A DNA stretch of 61,236 nucleotides, filler included, from Hausera hauseri (GCA_046269625.1; 11 parts of 11 records of this genome joined end to end with filler, not necessarily neighbours in it), one strand, 5' to 3'; positions 11,803 to 24,927 are shown, counted from the first letter of the whole stretch. Program-made: numbers and translations. Notes: generated by a model not told the origin, from the letters alone.

Positions 11803-12006
11803 TGTGAGGAGGAATTCAGGCAGCCAATCTAAAGTGAGGAAATTCATAAGAGGAGGAAAATAAGGTTCATTTACTGATTGAATTGAGTGAAATGTTATAT
11901 CAACTTNNNNNNNNNNNNNNNNNNNNNNNNNNNNNNNNNNNNNNNNNNNNTTAATTAATTAANNNNNNNNNNNNNNNNNNNNNNNNNNNNNNNNNNNNNN
12001 NNNNNN

Positions 12007-12290
12007 GATAGATATACAGTAGACTTTGAAAAGAATGACTTTACCGATGCATATTATCGGTCCATAATACTAAACATGGGATGTGTAAATAAAAATATGA
12101 ATAATGGCATGACCATGGATGAATTCAAAGAAAAGTGCCCCTTCATTACGTTTGTTTTGGCACCGGACTTTGATGTTAATCAACCACAAATGCAACAAAC
12201 AGGCTATTTGAAATTGGATTTAAGATTCAACAAGGCATTTGGGAATGTAGCTACATTGTACGTATATGCAGTTTTCGATAGTGAATTATA
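12007..12290 (+). pseudogene. Polinton major capsid protein (double jelly-roll), C-terminal fragment
   Basis: GYLKLDLRFNKAFGNVATLYVYAVFD matches the typical Polinton MCP C-terminal strand pattern; lies next to protease and pPolB. Confidence 0.7.
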
Positions 12291-12354
12291 TTTTATTCAT
12301 GCAGTACATTTCAGATTGAAAAGGTCTTGGGCAGACTCAGAAACTTCTGTGACG

Positions 12355-12640
12355 TATATAATTTGGATAAAGTTCCAGACTATCTACTCAATGGTGGATG
12401 TGATTAATACGTATTCTGCTAATTTACCAGGAGAATACTAGACAGCAATACATGTAACACCAGATCATATTCAAGTGTTTGATTCACTTGCAATGTATTA
12501 CCCATCATTGGTGACGAAATTGAAACGTATGCGGCAATCCGTCACATACAATAACATTATTTATCAACATCCATTGACATTTCTAAGTGGGAATTATTGT
12601 GTGGACTGGCTTAGGCATCAATGTATATAAAATTGTTATA
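12355..12640 (+). pseudogene. Polinton adenain-like cysteine protease (degenerate)
   Basis: INTYSANLPGEY*TAIHV...QVFDSL...YQHPLTFLSGNYC follows the NT...PGxHW..FDS..Q...CG.YC layout; catalytic His and Cys are substituted. Confidence 0.75.
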
Positions 12641-12783
12641 AACATTGTCTTCTTTATTGACTTGGAGGGATTTTTGATATTAATAATCAATACATTATAA
12701 AGGAGCTGTGTATAATGTCAGTGGATAATATGTTTAATCCACTACATTATGTATTTGCGTAAGTGAATTTCTTACTATAATAC

Positions 12784-13170
12784 ATGCAATATATATATTA
12801 TTTTAGACCTACAATGCATTGTTGCACAAACAAAGCACAAGCAACAAATGCCTATTTGACGCCATATCATCAAAAACTAACGTGGGAACAATATAATACC
12901 CAGTTTTGCAAAGATTTCCTCATGCAATCTTTGACACTATGTGTGATATACGTGAGGCTACGTTCTACGTCAAGGATCATGCTGATAGGCGAAAGAAGAT
13001 ATTTAACATTACATCTCCAGAATTACGAATATGTGCATACGATTGTGGGAAATTGGTATCTATACCAAAGAACATTACATGTATTTATCGTGAACACGGT
13101 TTACATTGTGCTTATAAAAAGTGTTCAGCGTCATGTCAAAGTTATGTTGTTGCGAAATGTGTTATGAAAT
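12784..13170 (+). pseudogene. Polinton uncharacterised DEDD-like protein (homolog of 27868-28320 and 59382-59860)
   Basis: TNAYLTPYHQKLTW...CDIREATFYVK...PKNITCIYREHGLHCAYKKC aligns with TNGFLIRHRNVIYW...TMFYVN...PDNILGPYRKHEPHCAYRKC. Confidence 0.7.
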
Positions 13171-13279
13171 TAGTTGGCCTTATCCTATATCCCACATTAC
13201 TTGATCAAGACAACACCACATTTTTATAAGATTTATTAATACAAAATACAACACGTCATAACAAAGATATTTACATTAA

Positions 13280-16200
13280 TGCAACATGCCCGTGAAATAG
13301 TGTGCTTATTCCATCACCCAGGATCTGCATTTGTCACCTATTCAATCCAGGCTTTCGATGGATCACTTTGAACCCCTTTACCCGCTTCTTTACTTGACCA
13401 CATACATGAATCGCATACATTTTGGACATAAGAGCCATAAATCTCGACATGATTGTCCAATTCACCTCGTCCTTAAATTTCCCAAGGATCTTTTCGTTAG
13501 TAATTGAATAATTGGGATGTACTTCGGATAGTCAGAAGCATAGTACCCCGTCTTGTCTTCCTGATCAAATAATGTGGAATATAGGACAATGCCAACTAAT
13601 TTCATAACATACAGTGGACATTGTTGAGGACTTTGCTAAGTTCGTTCAGCATATGTATATGCTTGACATTCCGGCAGAGCATCCCAACTATTCAGTTACC
13701 AAAAAAATGTCCTATGTAAGGATCTGATAGATGAAACTACCAGTATCCATATACATCAGCTGTATGGACTTGAATGTGGGGACCATGATGTCATAGTGGA
13801 ATTTGTACATCAGGGTCCTTGACAGATCCAGTATTGTCATACCCACATATATGGGCTTGCTGAATTGCAAGGATGTTTTCATCATATTGATGCTGACCAC
13901 GTTCTCCGCATATATGATGCTGCTGTGGAAATTGGGCTTGGCAATGAGCATCTTTTCCCGCTTCCACTCAGAGACCAGTTCGATGTTGATCCTGTTGCGG
14001 ATAATCTCCATGGTCTTGCCAAAAACGCTGTTGTTGTAAAGCTTGAACTGATCCTTCTCAAAGTCGTTCTTGGCACTTGCCCGCAGTTTCGTATTGAGGT
14101 CTATATATTGTTTCGGCCAGTTAGACTGGTTGAACTGCAGGGCTCAATGAATCTTAGTAATGCGGAGTCAATTTCTGACTATCTGCTGGAGATTTATGCA
14201 GTGGACTACATACCTCTCCCTACTAACCAGATGACAGAGCAGCTTTCTATGCTTTCCATGGGGCGGAGGCTTGAACTTATGGAGGAAAGGCAGATGTTGA
14301 TGACTTGTACGGATAGAAGCAGGATATTCCATATCCACCTCAAGTATGTATCCGGTATCTCCAGTGGGATCCCGAATTCGGTCATATCTTGTTGGCCTCG
14401 CTATAGTAGTAAATGGACTAACATATTCCACCTCTAATGCCTCGCTCGATCATGAAGATCATGTCGTAATCCTTTATGATCTGCAGCCTAATCCCGGTGT
14501 ATCTTATCATAGCTGCCCAACTCATCCCTGGAGCCGTAAAGAAATGAACCAGATCCAATGCATGGCTCTTCATAGTAACATCTCTCAAACTCTCAAAGAC
14601 ATTCGTCAGCAGCAGAACGTCAGTCTTGAGGTATATGTCGCTATATTCTCCTCATGTTCGGCGTTGAAATGCATCCCAAACGTTCTGAGCATGCTGGTAG
14701 TCAGGACAACTAATATCGCAATCAGAGAGGATATTGCAAACGTCCTTGGCCGGCAATGAGGTCTAATCTAGTGTTTCCCATGAAATTATGTAGTCATAGA
14801 GAAACACGCCTTTCCTTTTGACAAGGTCAAATGTAGTAGGGAAGAAACGCTTCGTCTTCTTGAGTTCTTCTACAGGGAGGTTCTTCACTAAACTATCAAG
14901 TGAAAAAGACATGAAACGGAAACTGTAAATGAAGCGAAGCCCGATTTTCCCCACATGCTTGGTAAATGTTATGTACTTCTCCTCATTATTAGGGATCACA
15001 TCAATGTTTCGTTCAATGCTGCACAGTTCCCGAACAATGAAATGGGAATGATAGCCACTGAGATTATGGAACACTACAGGCACTTGTGTACATGTTTTGA
15101 AACGTAGATAGCAGTTGTTGCATACCGCACCTCGATATGTGCCTGTAAAATGGAAATGATCCCAGACTTTATAATTCTCCTTAGTGAATGATTTGGAACG
15201 CAACTAACATGCTGTTGCCTTGCGCCAGTTTTCTTCTTGCTGCTTCGACATGCTCATTGTATCCTTATGCTGCTGCTGCATATCTCCAATCCTATGAACC
15301 ATATCTTCAAGTCGCTTCATGAAATGAGCTGCTGCGCCTGGACCCCTGGATAGGTATGGTTCACTGTCTAGTGCTTTGGCATACATGCAATATGAGAGCT
15401 CATGATATTCGTATGCCGTTGTGCTGCTACGTTGGGGGATTAGGACTGCAACTCTGAACTGGACGCAGAATAGCCTCAAATTCGCATATAGATAATTATC
15501 GGGACGTTGATCTTCTTCTCGAACTCCTTGAATTCAATGGAGTCCTACTTGGGAAATTCCGGCTTGATACAATAATTATTGTTGCAGTACATCTTGTGTA
15601 CTGCAAGCTTAAATATTGGTACATCGCCGTTCAAATGAGACAAGCATCGTTTACATATTTCTATTTGTACATGATGTTTCGTAATTTGTGATCTTACTAG
15701 CCGCTCAAAGTCTTTGATCCAAACATACTGATTCTTCTCCATCGTCTCGTAGGAGCAGATCCCTATGATCTTTCAATTCAGCATCGCATATCTGCAGGGG
15801 ATAGAATTTGTCCTCCTCATCCAATCCCAAGATATTTATGAACATGTTGTTCACTTTTCCAAATTTTTTGACTTCATATATGGATGTAGGGAACTTGATA
15901 CATTGGAAGTCATAGTTGTGCTGAACATCCTTATATAGCCAAACTCGTGAAGCATGATTATGATCCGTTACGAGTTTTGATAAAATGGCATACATGAAAC
16001 ACATGTTGTCGCTATTATGGACATTGACATGCTTTTTTATTGGCGATCCAATCAGAAAGCTGAATATATGAACTGCCCCGCATGAGAGAGTACTTGTGAA
16101 CATACACAAGCAATCTCTTTATGGTTGCAAGAGTCCATCCGCTCTTCTTATCCTGACACTCCCGGCTTCACGGATCAGCTTTTCGTGCGCATCTTGCAGC

Positions 16201-16880
16201 CATTCAGCTATATTGGTGTTTTCCAATATGGACCTATTTTTAGTCTTGAAGGCCATTTTGGATTCTTCGCCATCAACATTGATGTATGTGGCCTCCAGTT
16301 TCATATTCACCTTAAGGGCTTTGATCTCAGTCATGTTGTCCTGATGAATTCCCACTGTCTCGTCCTTTGTGTATAAGAGAGAGTCTTGGAGGGTTGTTTG
16401 ACTAGTTACATCAATAAAATATATATGGCATTTTCTCTTTAATGCTGCCGCATCAACTGGCCACAGTCTTTGGCTTTTTGACCGACCATCTTCTGCTCCT
16501 GCTGCTATAGGTTTTAGTCTTGCATCAGGCCTTGCTGCCAAAGCAGGCTGTACAACTTGCTGTGCTGCCGAAGCAGGCTATATAACCGGTTGTGCTACCA
16601 AAGCAAGCAGCTACTCATTAAAGATGACTTTCTTTGACTTTGACTTGAAGTCTGTCAAATGGGCAATATGATCTTCGTAAATCTGCGTGTATTCTCCATC
16701 ACATACAGCCTCACATCCTGGGCAAGTATAATAGAAGATCCTATTGAATTTGTATCCATAATGGCTCCTCATAGTATTATGACAATTCTGAGGGTTGTGT
16801 ATTGCACATGTGCAATACACGTATGAACTGCATCTTTGATTTTGCTTAGGCATGGAAGTCTTTATTGGCATATTGGTACT
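13280..16880 (-). pseudogene. Polinton protein-primed DNA polymerase B with N-terminal Cys/His region and endonuclease VII-like domain (disrupted)
   Basis: [112 protein letters not shown]; many stops and frameshifts. Confidence 0.95.
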
Positions 16881-17369
16881 GAATATTTGTTTTTTCGACT
16901 TGGTGAAGGAAATCAAGTGCTGTTTATGGACATTGTAANNNNNNNNNNNNNNNNNNNNNNNNNNNNNNNNNNNNNNNNNNNNTTAATTAATTAANNNNNN
17001 NNNNNNNNNNNNNNNNNNNNNNNNNNNNNNNNNNNNNNTGAGGAGGAGGGGGCACAACCAACAGAACAGAGGGCAAGAGACAGAGAAAACAAAAAACATG
17101 ACTCAGGAGACTGGGGGGAGGGTACAGACAGGACAGTGCAAGTACAAGAAAAACATCAAGACCAATGAACCCGGAAAAGGCAGAGCAAGACTTCAGGCAG
17201 ACGGCCCACGGCCCGCTAAGCTGGAACCATGGAAGACTCGTGGACTGTGAAAGACCTAGGAACTAGGGAGACTGGAACAGAAGACTTGTAAGGAACTGCG
17301 GGTGAGCCAGACAATATACTCAAAGGTGAAGATGGACCAGGAGACTGAAGAAAGTGGATGCAGCCCAGG

Positions 17370-17740
17370 AACCCATGGGACCAGGAGACTCTGGAAAAGA
17401 GATGGAACCAGGAGACTCGGGAAAAGGCGTGGAACCAGGAGACTCTGGAGAAGGCGTAGAACCAGGAAACTTGGGAACAGGTGTAAATGACTCGGGAACA
17501 GACAAGAAACCTGGAGACCCCTGAACTGAGGAAACTGGTAGTCCTGGGACTGATGAGACTGGAGACTCTGGGATGGATATGACTGGAGACTCTGGGATGG
17601 ATGAGACTGAAGTCTCTGGGGCTGAAGAGACTGGAAGCTCTGTGGCTGAAGAGACTGGAAACTTGGGGGCTGAGGGAACTCAGCGACTTAAGATGATGGA
17701 CCAGACAAAGAGGATGGACCAGAAGGGACTGAAGACTCTG
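17370..17740. repeat. Degenerate 27-bp and 24-bp tandem repeats (Pro/Ser/Gly-rich on the minus strand), probably part of a fish retroelement remnant
   Basis: Repeated ggaaccaggagactc(t/g)gg and gagactgga(g/a)(a/g)ctctg units. Confidence 0.7.
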
Positions 17741-17754
17741 GAACTGGAACCTTA

Positions 17755-20700
17755 TGCCGCATTCACACTAGCACCTACTCAGCCCGACTGAGCCTAATTC
17801 AGCTCGACTCGGCCTGTGTTCACATTAGTACTTCTTCGTGGAACCCGGGCCAAATCAGGACTTTTTTAGGACCCAGAAGAGTGAGGTTCTGCCGGGCCGA
17901 GCCGGGCTGTAAATGTGACGTCAGCGCACTGTTCATCACTGATTGGTCTGGGGGTGGAGTCATCAAGCCTGAGAAAGTTTTCCAGTCCGCCATTGTTGCT
18001 ACCGCCCGCTAACTCAACCGTAGCTAATTCGTACGTCTCTTTTTATAAACAGTTATGGCAAAAGCTTGGTCTAACAGCGAAGTGCAGGCGTTTTTATGTT
18101 TTTTAGCCGACGAGAAGGTGCAGCATGAGCTAGATGGAAGCACTCGTAATGAGAAAGTTTTTAACGAGTTGTCGGAGCTAATGGCTACTTGTTACGAGAG
18201 AACACCAAAACAATGCCGGGAGAAGCTTGAAAAATTAAAAAGCGATGACCGCGCAGTGAAAGATCATAATGGCAGGAGCGGAGACGATATTGGAAGTGGT
18301 TTGAAGAGATGGACGCTATTTACGGGAGGCGGCCTGCGAACAACGCAAGTGTGCAACAAGTGTGCAGCTTGTGTGGAAGCAGCTACAGAAAATGGTGAGC
18401 ATTTTAAAACTTTAAGCATAATTACATTTATTCATGCAATCGGTTCAGAACATATTTTGAACAGAAAAAGGAGGCAGACGCCATTGCCCACGACGCTATC
18501 CTCATTAGCATCGTCGCTAACTGCTATTCTCCTTGATCCAGAATGTCCATCTGCAGGTGAAGATGTGTCTGCTGAACACATTTTGGACCCTCCAAACATC
18601 CCTGCCTCTGCCCCATCTCCATCAGCGGAACACACACCGTCTGCCAGTTCTCCATCATGTGGATCAACACCAAGTCCTACCACCACACACATCAGCACAA
18701 CACGACGCTCTGTATTAGGTAAGATTCATCAAAAATAATGTTTACATCACTTTATGTGTGCCTATAGGAAACCAATTTTGTTAATGTGTTTTTATGTGAA
18801 TAAGTAATATGTGGGAAACCGCTTCCTTCTGCTAATTCTCACTTAATTCGGCTTGTTTAGCTAAACCGATGTTTGTGCAGCAATAAACATGTACAGTTGA
18901 AAATTCTCAGGAAATGCCATATCTCTAGTTCATTTTGTTTTATAATTTTCTTGTTATTAATGCAACTACTGTTTAGTTATATGTTTGAAGTTGCTCGTGA
19001 AGATTTAAATGAGCAAAAAGAGAGTTTTTCTACACACCTGCTTAAAAACAGCACACTCAAGCAGGTTGAATTATGTGAAGAACCACTAACTTCTCAATAT
19101 CACAACATTGAACTTGAAAACAAAGAAAGACATTTATTAATAACCAGTAACTGTGTTTGTGTAAAGCATTTATTTTAAAAGAAAATATGTACTGTGCAAA
19201 ACCTCCTGAAATTGTTTTCTTTTTTTTAGGCAAACAAAGAAACGTTCCTGAAGTCGTTCAGGTTATTTCACAAATGAATGCACATGAGGAACCGGGCTCA
19301 GCGCAAAGATCACTTCCGTCTTCTTTCAGCTGATGCACACGAGGCGAGGGTCGAGGGAGCGACCTTACGAAGGGAGGAGACGGCTATGAGAGAGAAGGAG
19401 CTTCTGTTACAGGCGGAGACAACTGCGTTGCTTCGAGAAGATTCAGCCCTTAGGAGGGAGGAGGTCGCTCAAAATGCTGCCTTCAATCAAGCGTTCCTTG
19501 GGGTTCTCGGTGACATGACCCGTGCCATTGCACAAAGACATGTGTAACAAAAAGCTATAGTTAATTGCATAGACACATATGAATGTATAAGCAGTACGTA
19601 GATTCACTTTTGTTTGTTCTACATTTGTTATCTGTACTGAGTTGCTATTTTTTCATTGTTTTTCAATAAAAAAAGTAATGAACAGAGCTTGTAGCATTTT
19701 CAATGTTGACACCTTACAGTGTGTGTTAAACTCATAGTCTGCTGAGAATTTATCAAATGTTGTTTTGTAGAAATGACCCCTTAAGTTATCAGAACAGTAT
19801 CACATATGTTTACCTGTTATTAAACGTGGCCTCTTTAGGTTCAAGGATGAGGTCGCCAGTCCAGATTTCTTGATCATCACTACATTTACTTTAATCTTGT
19901 TAAATTATGAATGCTTGTATTTTCAAGATACATAGCCAGCAGAATAAAAAGTTGTGGGTTTAACATTTATACATAATTAAACATAAAATATAGTATACAG
20001 AGAGTAACCTGTATAAAAAAAGGTATTTTGAATGAAGATGTATATGGTATCGGTATATATATGTAAATATATACTATGAAAGTATACAGGGTTGTTTATT
20101 ATACATGTATATACATATACGTTATTCAAATAGTACATATATGAAGATATGTATATAGTATATAACGGTACATATCTAAATATATGTATACATACATGTT
20201 ACACATGTTTGTTAATCTGTATAAATATGTGGTTATACTCTGCAGAGTATAACCACATATTTATACAGATTAACACTCAATATAATATATGGTAATGTGT
20301 TAACTTTTTAACCAAAGTGAAAAGAAGGTAAAACATTTGTGCTAAAGTTCTACATAGTTGTCAAGTTCCTGCTGTAAAGATAATGTTTGCTAAAGTACAG
20401 CTGATTGAAAACGTTTGTGCGGACAGCACATTGGGATTTGTTTTGCAGTTTCATCATGAACCAAAAAGTGCATATCTGTAAATAACAATAGTCAAAAAAT
20501 TGTTAAAACATATTTATTGTCCACTTATTTACTGAACTGGTACATGTTGCTTTATTGGATTCCAACGCACTCCGGACTTTATCCTGAGTTTTTCGCCTCG
20601 CTGACCGCAACTTGCAGCGAGGAGCCAGCAGCCTACCGTGTCTGTTCTCTTTGACGTCTGACAAAAAGCCAAAAACTAAGCAGAACATTCAACAAAACAA

Positions 20701-20956
20701 CGAGATCCTCATGTTGTTTGTGTTATTTTCCCGTTGTTCTTCCTCTACATGTTTAGTGGAAACTAGAAAATAGCTTAAAGGAAGCACTACTGCCCCCAGC
20801 TGGTAAGGCGCGCTGGATTCTTGATCCGCCCACGATCCGCCCACGGGAACTGGGACAAAAGTATAATGTGAACACGGGCCGAGTAGAGCCGGGCCGAGTA
20901 GGGTACAGTAGGGCCGAGTAGAGTCGGGCCGAGTAGGTGCTAATGTGAATGCGGCA
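17755..20956 (+). mobile_element. PIF/Harbinger DNA transposon, internally deleted (Myb/SANT gene kept, transposase mostly lost)
   Basis: TIRs TGCCGCATTCACACTAGCACCTACTC / GAGTAGGTGCTAATGTGAATGCGGCA; subterminal GGCCGAGTAG repeats; flanks TTA and TAA; Myb/SANT ORF. Confidence 0.85.
18055..19547 (+). pseudogene. Harbinger Myb/SANT-like DNA-binding protein, about 3 exons (18055-18394, ~18509-18718, ~19230-19547), with frameshift
   Basis: WSNSEVQAFL...RNEKVFNELSELM...RTPKQCREKLEKLK; GT-AG junctions; coiled-coil C-terminal exon. Confidence 0.8.
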
Positions 20957-21588
20957 TAAAAGTTAATGATTTGTGTTAATTACATGTACATCGTTGGAAC
21001 TAATGATAATTTAGCTTTTAGTTGTGATCACCTTTCCTCTATGGATACTACTAAACTGCATTTATCCAGTCTGAATCCATATAGAGGAGTACATGATCAT
21101 TGTTCTATTTTGGAATCAGATTCCACTCTTCATAAGGGTCTGGCTGAGGGAGTTCAGGTCCATGCAGAACAGGAATAGGAACAGAGAATCATCTTGCTAT
21201 GTGCCACATTTGATGCTGACTTGTGTAATTTGCTTTAAACGATGTAGTGGGTGAGAGAACATTTCAAACACAGATCTGGTTTATGTTAAGGTCAGCTGTT
21301 ACCATGGCAATCAGAGGTCAACCCAAACCCTGAGTTCTACAAAAATTGCTTAAAAATTGTTTAAAATTTTTTTGTTTTGTTTGTATACTTGGAGTAATAT
21401 TTTACATTAAAATCCACATGCAGTGTGTTCTGAGCAGAAACTCTCAGAGAGATGTTCTCGCAGTAGAAAATGCTTTAAAAACATTTTGNNNNNNNNNNNN
21501 NNNNNNNNNNNNNNNNNNNNNNNNNNNNNNNNTTAATTAATTAANNNNNNNNNNNNNNNNNNNNNNNNNNNNNNNNNNNNNNNNNNNN

Positions 21589-24100
21589 ATGTCGTCCGGT
21601 GCGACAGGAATTTGATGGTAAGCTTTAGCTAAATCAATTGTCGAATAAACGGAAGTAGTATTAAGTCTATGTAATATGTCTTTAATTAATGGTAGTAGAT
21701 ATGCGTACATTATGGTTAAAGTATTAAGCTGACGGTAATCACCTCATGGTCAGAAGGATCCATCTTTTTTTGAACAACGTGGAGGGGCGAAGACCATGGT
21801 GATTTAGATCTCCGGACGATACCTGATTGTTCGAGTTCCATAAATTCAGCTTCTACTGCCTGTCTGCGTCGCAGTGACAATGGACGGACCTTTTGTCTAA
21901 TTGACCTTTGATGCCTTGTAATTATGTGGTGGTAAATGCTGTTTACTGGGGTGAAATTCCTATCTTTCTGAAGTATACGAGGACAAGAAGTATGGACGAA
22001 GTGTTGCAAACTTGCGGGTAGTTGCGGGAATGTTGTAATTGACGATGAACCGAGGTTGTTAGCAGTACTTGGTATATGGTGATTAGTTGTTGGTGAGGAA
22101 TCAAGTAGAGTTTTGAGTAGTATTGTCGGGTCCGGAACCGTGTTTTAGTATGTGTTATTGTTTAATGATTTTATGGAAAATACCAGATTGTCGGTGTCGA
22201 CATTGAGCCGTGATTGGCTGTCGACATTGTCCTTTGGAAGCTTACGATGTAAAACGTGATAGTTATTGGAATTAGAACGAGGTACTGACTGCTTTGAAAT
22301 GGATTGCTTACTTACTGTTGACTGTGATGTCATTGGGATGCTGTCTATACCTGTGCTACGGTCTACAGGTGTATTTGCTTTTAGGCAGCGTCGGTTACAA
22401 TCGACTAGCAACTTATCGTGCGAAAGGAAATCTGAGCCAAGTATTGCCGTCTGGACTTTAGCGACTGTAAACGTCCAATGAAATAAAGAGGAAAAGTTTG
22501 GTAGAGTAAAAGATAATTTACAAGTTCCAGCAATACAAAGAGATTGACCAGAGGTAGTGTATAAAGGTTTTATTTTAGGTGAAGAATGCTGAATCGGAAA
22601 GGAAAGTGGGAGTAGTGAGATCGCTGCGCCAGTATCGATGAGAAAACCTATGGATTGAATGTTAGGATTAGCGACAGCAGCTTTTATTGTGAAGACTGCA
22701 AATAAAGTGTGTCGGCAGTAGGAATTAGATAAACTGCCTTTGCCAGGATCTTCCGAAAATACTGGCGGCGAAATTAGTTTTTTTGGATTGGTGAGTTAGA
22801 ACGGTTACTGTTAGAGACGTTGGGACGTCTATCAGTGGGGTAGTTTTTGTTATTTTTATAGTTACTGCCAAAAATACAATTCCGAGCATTAAATCCGAAT
22901 TTTGCATGATAGATGCAAATTATGTTATTAGAGTGTAGATTCGATGAAAAATATCTACACCCTAAACAGCATTTATCTGCTTTGTTGTTAAATTTGTTGT
23001 GGTAATAACATATGAATGATCGCGATGGTGACGGTATCCGATTTCTGGAAGGAGAACGTGTTCGATGAGACGCGGAAGCATTCCGTCTGTATAAATAAAG
23101 GTCATTCAGCTTATCATTGATGGTGTTGATTGTGTGTTGGAATGCCACATTTTCGGCGCGTAATTGGTTCAATTGGTGCTAGATGGATGTATATCGTTAA
23201 TTGTCATCGTTCATAATAACGGCTGATATGATAGGTTGTGATTGGATTTGTCAGATTTCGTGTGCTTTATCTGCCAATTCAGCCAGTTTATCCAAGGCTG
23301 TGGAATCTTCAACAACGGTAAGTAAAGCCCTCATTTGAATAGGTTAAACATTAAGGAAATATCGTCGAAGTAGATCCGGATTGTGTTCATTGGTGACACC
23401 TAAAGTACGTAAGTGAACTAACGAGGTACGTAGGGAATCACTAGATTTTTGTATCTCCATTGCATTTTCATTAAGGAACGCTGTATTATTGAATCAATTG
23501 ATGGTTCTATCAGTTTTAACGCATCATTGAACAATTGCGCATAAGGGTCAGGGTGTTGAAAGATATTGAGTAAGTTATGGATTAAGGCCTTTATGGAGTT
23601 TGGTAGAAGGTAGAGTAGATTATGGGCTTTGGATAACGAGTCTCTAATACCGTTGGTTTGTAACCAGAGTTGATGGAAGTGGAGCCAAGTTTTGCCAGAA
23701 TTTTCATTGTCTATAAAGTATTCAGAGCAATGTAGGGGTGTAGTTGTAGGATTTTTGTGAAGAGTTAGTATCGGTTGAAGTAGGTGGATGGTTTAATTTG
23801 GGATAATAAAGAATGGATTTGGGTTTTGTGTTCACCTTATCTGTGATGTCACTGGTTGGTGAAGAAATCATACCGCCTCGAATTCTAGGGTGGATGTAAG
23901 TACAGAGGTAGCATTGTGAGGACGTAATGTGTGAGATGTCAGTTAAAATGAATCCATTGTGAGTCAAAAAGTCATTGAAGGCGGTGGCTTTATGAATGAA
24001 GTCATATAACTGTAATGTGTCGATACGTTGTGACATGTGCGATATGTATTAATTTATTATTTACAAAAAGGTGGATGGGAAATGACGTTGGTAAACAAAA
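21589..24100 (-). mobile_element. CsRN1/Kabuki-like Gypsy LTR retrotransposon fragment (gag, protease, start of RT), decayed
   Basis: Gag with two CHCC knuckles (CYYHNKFNNKADKCCLGC; CIYHAKFGFNARNCIFG); FLIDTGAAISLLP protease; GIVRRSKSPWSSPLHVV, DYRQLN, IDLAKAYHQIP. Confidence 0.9.
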
Positions 24101-24149
24101 AGCTGGGTAGTGTGGTATTTCCACACATTTTATCGGGTGGATTCTGAGT

Positions 24150-24927
24150 AAGTGATAACTTTGTGTCTTTGAATGGAATAACCGTCGATTTCTTTTTAAT
24201 AAAGAAGTATTCACCACTGTACAGTGACTCACGTAAAACATTCCAGGATTCCGTACCTAGATTGTAGATCAGTGGGAAAAATTCGCCTATGAAATTAAAT
24301 ACTTCAATCTCAATAGACTCTTTAATACTGTGTTTAAACTTTATTCTGGGACTGATGGGAACGGCATTCTGATAGTCAATATCAACAGCACATAATATTC
24401 GTAATAGTGTTTCAGTAGCATATAGGTGTGTCAATGCCTGCAAATGGTATCTGTTTCCAGAATAGGTTGGATGGAATCTTGGGAAAAAGGCTAAGAAAAA
24501 GTGCAGAGAATTTTGGAGAATTACATAGAGTAAGTGTTCCGCCGCCTATGAATAAAAGCCCAATGGACATAGAATACGTCATATAGACACCGTAATGAAG
24601 CGTATTTTTAGCTCGAATAATTGATCGAAGGCTTCGAGACATACGTAACCGCGTTAAATTACTAGTGCCGGATGCAATCTTGCACGCCGATAAATAGAGG
24701 ATGGATAAAGTCCAATCATAAAAATATTGCCTAATGTTCTCCAATAATTCACAATCGTTTTTTATGGATAATAATATTTCTCAATGTGCGAAAGAATAGT
24801 AGCAAGACCATCCTGCTTATCCGTACCAGCATATCGCATGACCATTACAAAACTTGACCCCACGAGCAACGAAAGGTAACTCATTGGCCATCAGAATATA
24901 CTTTTCAACAAAGTCCGTCGGTTGGAC
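24150..24927 (-). pseudogene. ANAPC1: Intronless fragment of anaphase-promoting complex subunit 1 (C-terminal PC-repeat region)
   Basis: MRYAGT, ASGTSNLTRLRMSRSLR, YGVYMTYSMSIGLLFIGGG, LFLSLFPKIP, QALTHLYA match APC1 motifs (RFAGS; MAGSG.L..L; HMA.GLLFLGGG; LQALRHLY); frameshifted. Confidence 0.85.

Noticed and set aside
13865-14759. Long plus-strand ORFs (190 aa, 137 aa) and similar ones at 50632-50911
   Set aside because: Antisense shadows of the minus-strand pPolB with no independent motifs.
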